A stretch of DNA of 64,000 nt from Selaginella moellendorffii. Lineage: Eukaryota; Plantae; Lycopodiophyta. The position numbers were made by a program, and so were the translations under genes. Shown here piece after piece: positions 60,287 through 64,000 of the stretch. Below the pieces are notes generated by a model. The model was not told the DNA's origin and did no database searches. It was given only the letters and a program-made list of their open reading frames with translations. Position 1 is the first letter of the stretch. The number at the start of each line of letters is the position of its first letter. The DNA lies in assembly GCF_000143415.4 (NCBI RefSeq), contig NW_003314274.1:1564851-1628850 (forward strand). The letters run 5' to 3'.

Positions 60287-60572
60287 TGCGCGAAAACGAA
60301 GAAGAAAAGAAGAAGAAGTAATCCAGGGGACGACGGGGCACAGTGCTAAACACAATTAAGAAAGCTGGAGTTCCAGTTTTTGTAGCCTGGAAATAATCTT
60401 ATCCACAGAAAAAAATGGCGCTAATGGCATGCAGCGGAATATCCCACTCGAGCGGAATATCCACCGTGGGGTGCTTCCTTTTCTTTGCTTTGCAAACCCT
60501 AGGAAGGGCGCTGGATGCGGGAGGCGAGCGCGCTCCACAGGCATGGTTTTTTTAGGGCAGGCGTAGGGCGCG

Positions 60573-63480
60573 ATGGCGAGCGCTAGTGTGGAAGCGCAGG
60601 CACTGCAGCCGGAGGAGGCGCCGACCGCCCCTCCCACTTCTCCTCCTCCGCCTCTTGTTCCTCCGCCGCTGCCCGACGAGCAGGCGGACGATAGCAGGAC
60701 GTTCCCGCTCGATGTCTCCAGCGCTGGGGCGGATCTCCTACGCGGCACCGTCCAGACCAAGCTCTCGGAATTCATGGGGAGCTACACGGACGAAGTTCTT
60801 GCGGTATGTTTTGCCTCTGCTTCTTTTGCTCCGTTTGTTCATTGAGGGGAGGGAATGCAGGAGTATGTGGTGGTGCTGGTTGGGCATGGAAAGCAGCAAA
60901 AGCAAGCTACTGCGGACCTCGAGGCATTTCTCGGCGTTCAGAGCGAAGCGTTTGTGTCCTGGTAAGTTTCGTCTTCCTTTGTATTCCAGACCGGCGCAGT
61001 GGAAGTGAGAAGTTTTCCAGAAGTTTGTCGGGCTGTTTCCAGTTTTAAAAATTCTCTCTTTTTTTTCTTGATTGTAGGCTTTGGGAGCACTTGACAGAAA
61101 ATCTGCACGTTTACACCAAAGCAGGCGAGAAGAAGGCTGCAAACGATGCGCTACCAAAGGTACATGGACTTGCTTTTGGTGAGTGTTTTTGACGTGCGTT
61201 GTTGCGTTTTCTAGGATACTCCGGAGGCTAAGGATAAAGGAGAGAACGAGAAGAAGGAGAATCCGACGCAAGAGAATGCAAAGGAGGAGAATCATGTGAC
61301 AAAGCGGGAGCCGCAAGCCTTACGTCAAGAGCTAAAGCGTTCCCGCTCTCCAGAGGGTTGGGCGAGAAGGAGACGAAGTCGAGCGGAAGATAAGCCTTCG
61401 GCTATCGAGAGACTTTCTCCTCCTCCTCCTGCTCCTCCTGCTCCACGATTGAAAGCTTCTCGGAGGCTGCTTGAGTTCGCAGTCAGGGATGCCGTGGCTC
61501 CAGTTGGTGGCTCTAGAAGGGTGGCGGACGCGAATACAAAGCGGCTTAGATCTATTGTTTCAGGCTCGGCTGACCACGGTACGAAAATTCTGACCTTTTG
61601 TCTCTTGCCTTTTAGCTGACATGGTTTTCAAACGTAGAAAATGCGGGCGCTCCGTTGGACTCGAATGGCAAGCTGAAGGCACGGCCAGCTATAACAAAAC
61701 CTGCAAAGAACTCGCCAGCCATGATGATAGCTTTGAAAGCTGCGGCTGCTGCTGCCGAGGACGTAAACAATAGGAAGGTGAGCAAGCCTGTTAGTCGATT
61801 TGCTGCGAGCATTTGGGATCGTCTTGGACACAAGAGTGATGAGGATGATCAACCTGATCAAGACCTTGACGATGCTGACGAGATCACGGAAAAGATGGAA
61901 TATGTGCATGTAGACAGCGCTCCACGGAATAGCAAGAGTGACCGACACATGCGAAAGAGTAGAACGGCGGACAGGCTTGGCTTGGTAGAGCGACGTACAG
62001 CGGATACTGCTATGCCGCCACCACCAGCAGCATCACATGACGCTTATGATCATGGGGAGCAGTTTGAGAGGCGGATTGAAGAGGTGCCTGAATCTCTGAA
62101 CAAGAAAGAGCCTTCAAAACGACACACCTTGAGAAAGGAACGTCGCCAAAAGAAAGTGGAGGAGCCTCTGCAGTACAAGCGTGTGTTTCATACGGACGAC
62201 GATACCAAGCACAAGGATATCTTACCATTGGAGAGAAGAACTAGTGTAGAACAGGAAAAGCTTGTGGATATACCCAACGGAAAGGGCCAAGATTTGCAGG
62301 TATACATCGTAGTATTTTTGTTTTTGTCTTGATAATCTACTCCTGTGTTTCCATTGTGCAGGATGTGACGGAGATGAAGAGGAGAATGCGGCAAGTGGAG
62401 CTTGAAGTAACTAAGTTGCGGACAAAGCAAGACGAAGCTGCCAAAGTTTCTGAAAAGTCCTCGGCACCACACCCTCCTGCGGCTACTACTAACATTCCTA
62501 GTGTTCCAGCTGCCACTACGTCTATGCAAACCGCACCTTTAACAAGTAAGTTACTCTGTTCCTTTCTTCTCTAGGAGCAGTCTCAAAATTTTAATTTCTC
62601 TTTTGCGAAACAGGTTTTAAAACGCCCCAGTCCTCATCAGATGATACTGATTCCAAGGTTATTCTGGTGACCAACGTAAGCAGCTCGCTTTTCTCGTTTA
62701 TAGAAGGGTTGCCGTTTTTATCTGTTTCCAGGTGCACTTCGCGACCACGAAGGAAGCTATTTCCACGCATTTTGGTTCCTGTGGCGAGGTTGTAAAGGTG
62801 ACGATGCTAACGGATGGAGTATCCGGCAAACCCAAGGGGTGCGTGCATTGTTTATATTTCTTTTTTCAACACCATCTGAAACGGTAACACTCACAGGTCT
62901 GCGTATGTGGAGTTTTCATCCAAGGACGCAGCCGACAGGGCCCTGTCTCTAAACGAGTCGAGTTTACTTTCGAGACCCATACGGGTAAGCCTTGTGTTTA
63001 AAATGGGAACTCGCTCCGTCATTGACACTTTTCCCCCCTTCTCAGGTAGCTCGAAAGGATGCTAACGTAGCAGAAACCAGTAGCCCAGCAGCAGCAGTCA
63101 TGCGGCCTCGGCCACCAGTCCGAATGCCCATGAGAGCAGCGTTCCCGCGAGCAGCGTTTATGAGGGGGTCACCGTACATGATGAGGCCACCGCCCCGTCT
63201 GGTAAGGCCTCCTTACCCCGTAGGTGCTCCACATTTACAGTGGAAACGAGATGGTGGCGCCAGCCAAATGGGGCCGTCGAGCGCAGCAAAGAATGGCTTT
63301 CGGTCAAGCGTGGGGCCGATCAGACTGAAGCGGTCCCTTTCATATGTTCGGCCAGTGGTACCAGTGACACCGACGCCCCCTGAGGCAACAGCAGCGCCAG
63401 CGGCAGCAGCAGCCACAACGGCAGCGGCAGGAACAGCGGCAGCCTTGTCAACAAGTACAGAGACTCAGAAAGGAAGTTAA
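60573..63480 (+). CDS. PWI-like + C-terminal RRM RNA-binding protein, multi-exon
   Basis: N-terminal 'KLSEFMGSYTDEVLA|EYVVVLVGHGK...DLEAFLG..SEAFVSW|LWEHL'; RRM 'ILVTN|VHFATTKEAISTHFGSCGEV.KVTMLTD...KPKG|SAYVEF...ALSLNES....RPIR|V'. Confidence 0.85.
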
Positions 63481-64000
63481 GGTGGAGAACGAAGTAAGAA
63501 CAACAGGAAAAAAACGAAGAAGCGATGGAGGAGCTAAAGCTCTCTCTATATACTGGGTTTCACCTGAAGATGAAAAGGCTGCGAGTGTTCTACTGGAAGA
63601 GAAAAGTTTTGGCAGCATAGCTTTGCTCGGGAATGGGGGGAGGGGATGGATCGAAGCTGTGGTGGTGTGATGGAAGGAGAGATTTCGAAGCTTGTTCCTA
63701 CGGTGATTTGTATCGTCGGTGGTGATTTTTACGAAGGGAAAAGCAAGCCGGCAAGTTTTCTAGCTGTGGTGGTGGTGAAGATTTGTGGGAGGCATATATT
63801 TTGTTTGAGTGTTTCTTAGATGCTTTTTATTTAACTCCGTTGTCTAGCCTGGTTCTTTTGATTTGTATGGTTGTGTGAAAGGATCTTCCAGCTATTGGGG
63901 GATCAATCAAAAAATTCTTATATACCCTTCTCCCCTCCTTTTTTTTATTAGAATATACCACTACTACTAACGTGACCATCATCACCTCCACCTGGAATTA

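Overview
Eukaryotic land-plant genomic DNA. Most likely a lycophyte such as Selaginella, inferred from ~50-nt introns, dense head-to-head genes, several PLS-class PPR genes/relics and a fungal-type chromovirus. Bases ~1-13.1 kb are AT-rich, CpG-poor, decayed Ty3/gypsy debris with inverted copies. Bases 13.1-30 kb hold a PPR relic, a tetraspanin with a GC-AG intron, a BPC/BBR GAGA factor, an acireductone dioxygenase, tRNA-Cys(GCA), a PPR-E gene and an intronless, apparently catalytically degenerate fungal-like 2OG-Fe(II) oxygenase. Bases 30-41.3 kb are a second decayed repeat island containing a structurally complete chromovirus (34032-39616; 387-bp LTRs, CGTTA TSD) inactivated by C->T nonsense changes. 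That element shows a tRNA-independent self-priming PBS and a G GGA AAC -1 frameshift site followed by a predicted H-type pseudoknot. Bases 41.4-63.5 kb are gene-dense: two tandem animal/fungal-type catechol O-methyltransferases, REF/SRPP (LDAP), HMA5-type Cu ATPase, DRP2 dynamin, PPR-E, L-LDH, divergent plastid L29, PPR relics, SWEET and a PWI+RRM protein. All family assignments come from manual motif recognition; no database searches were run.
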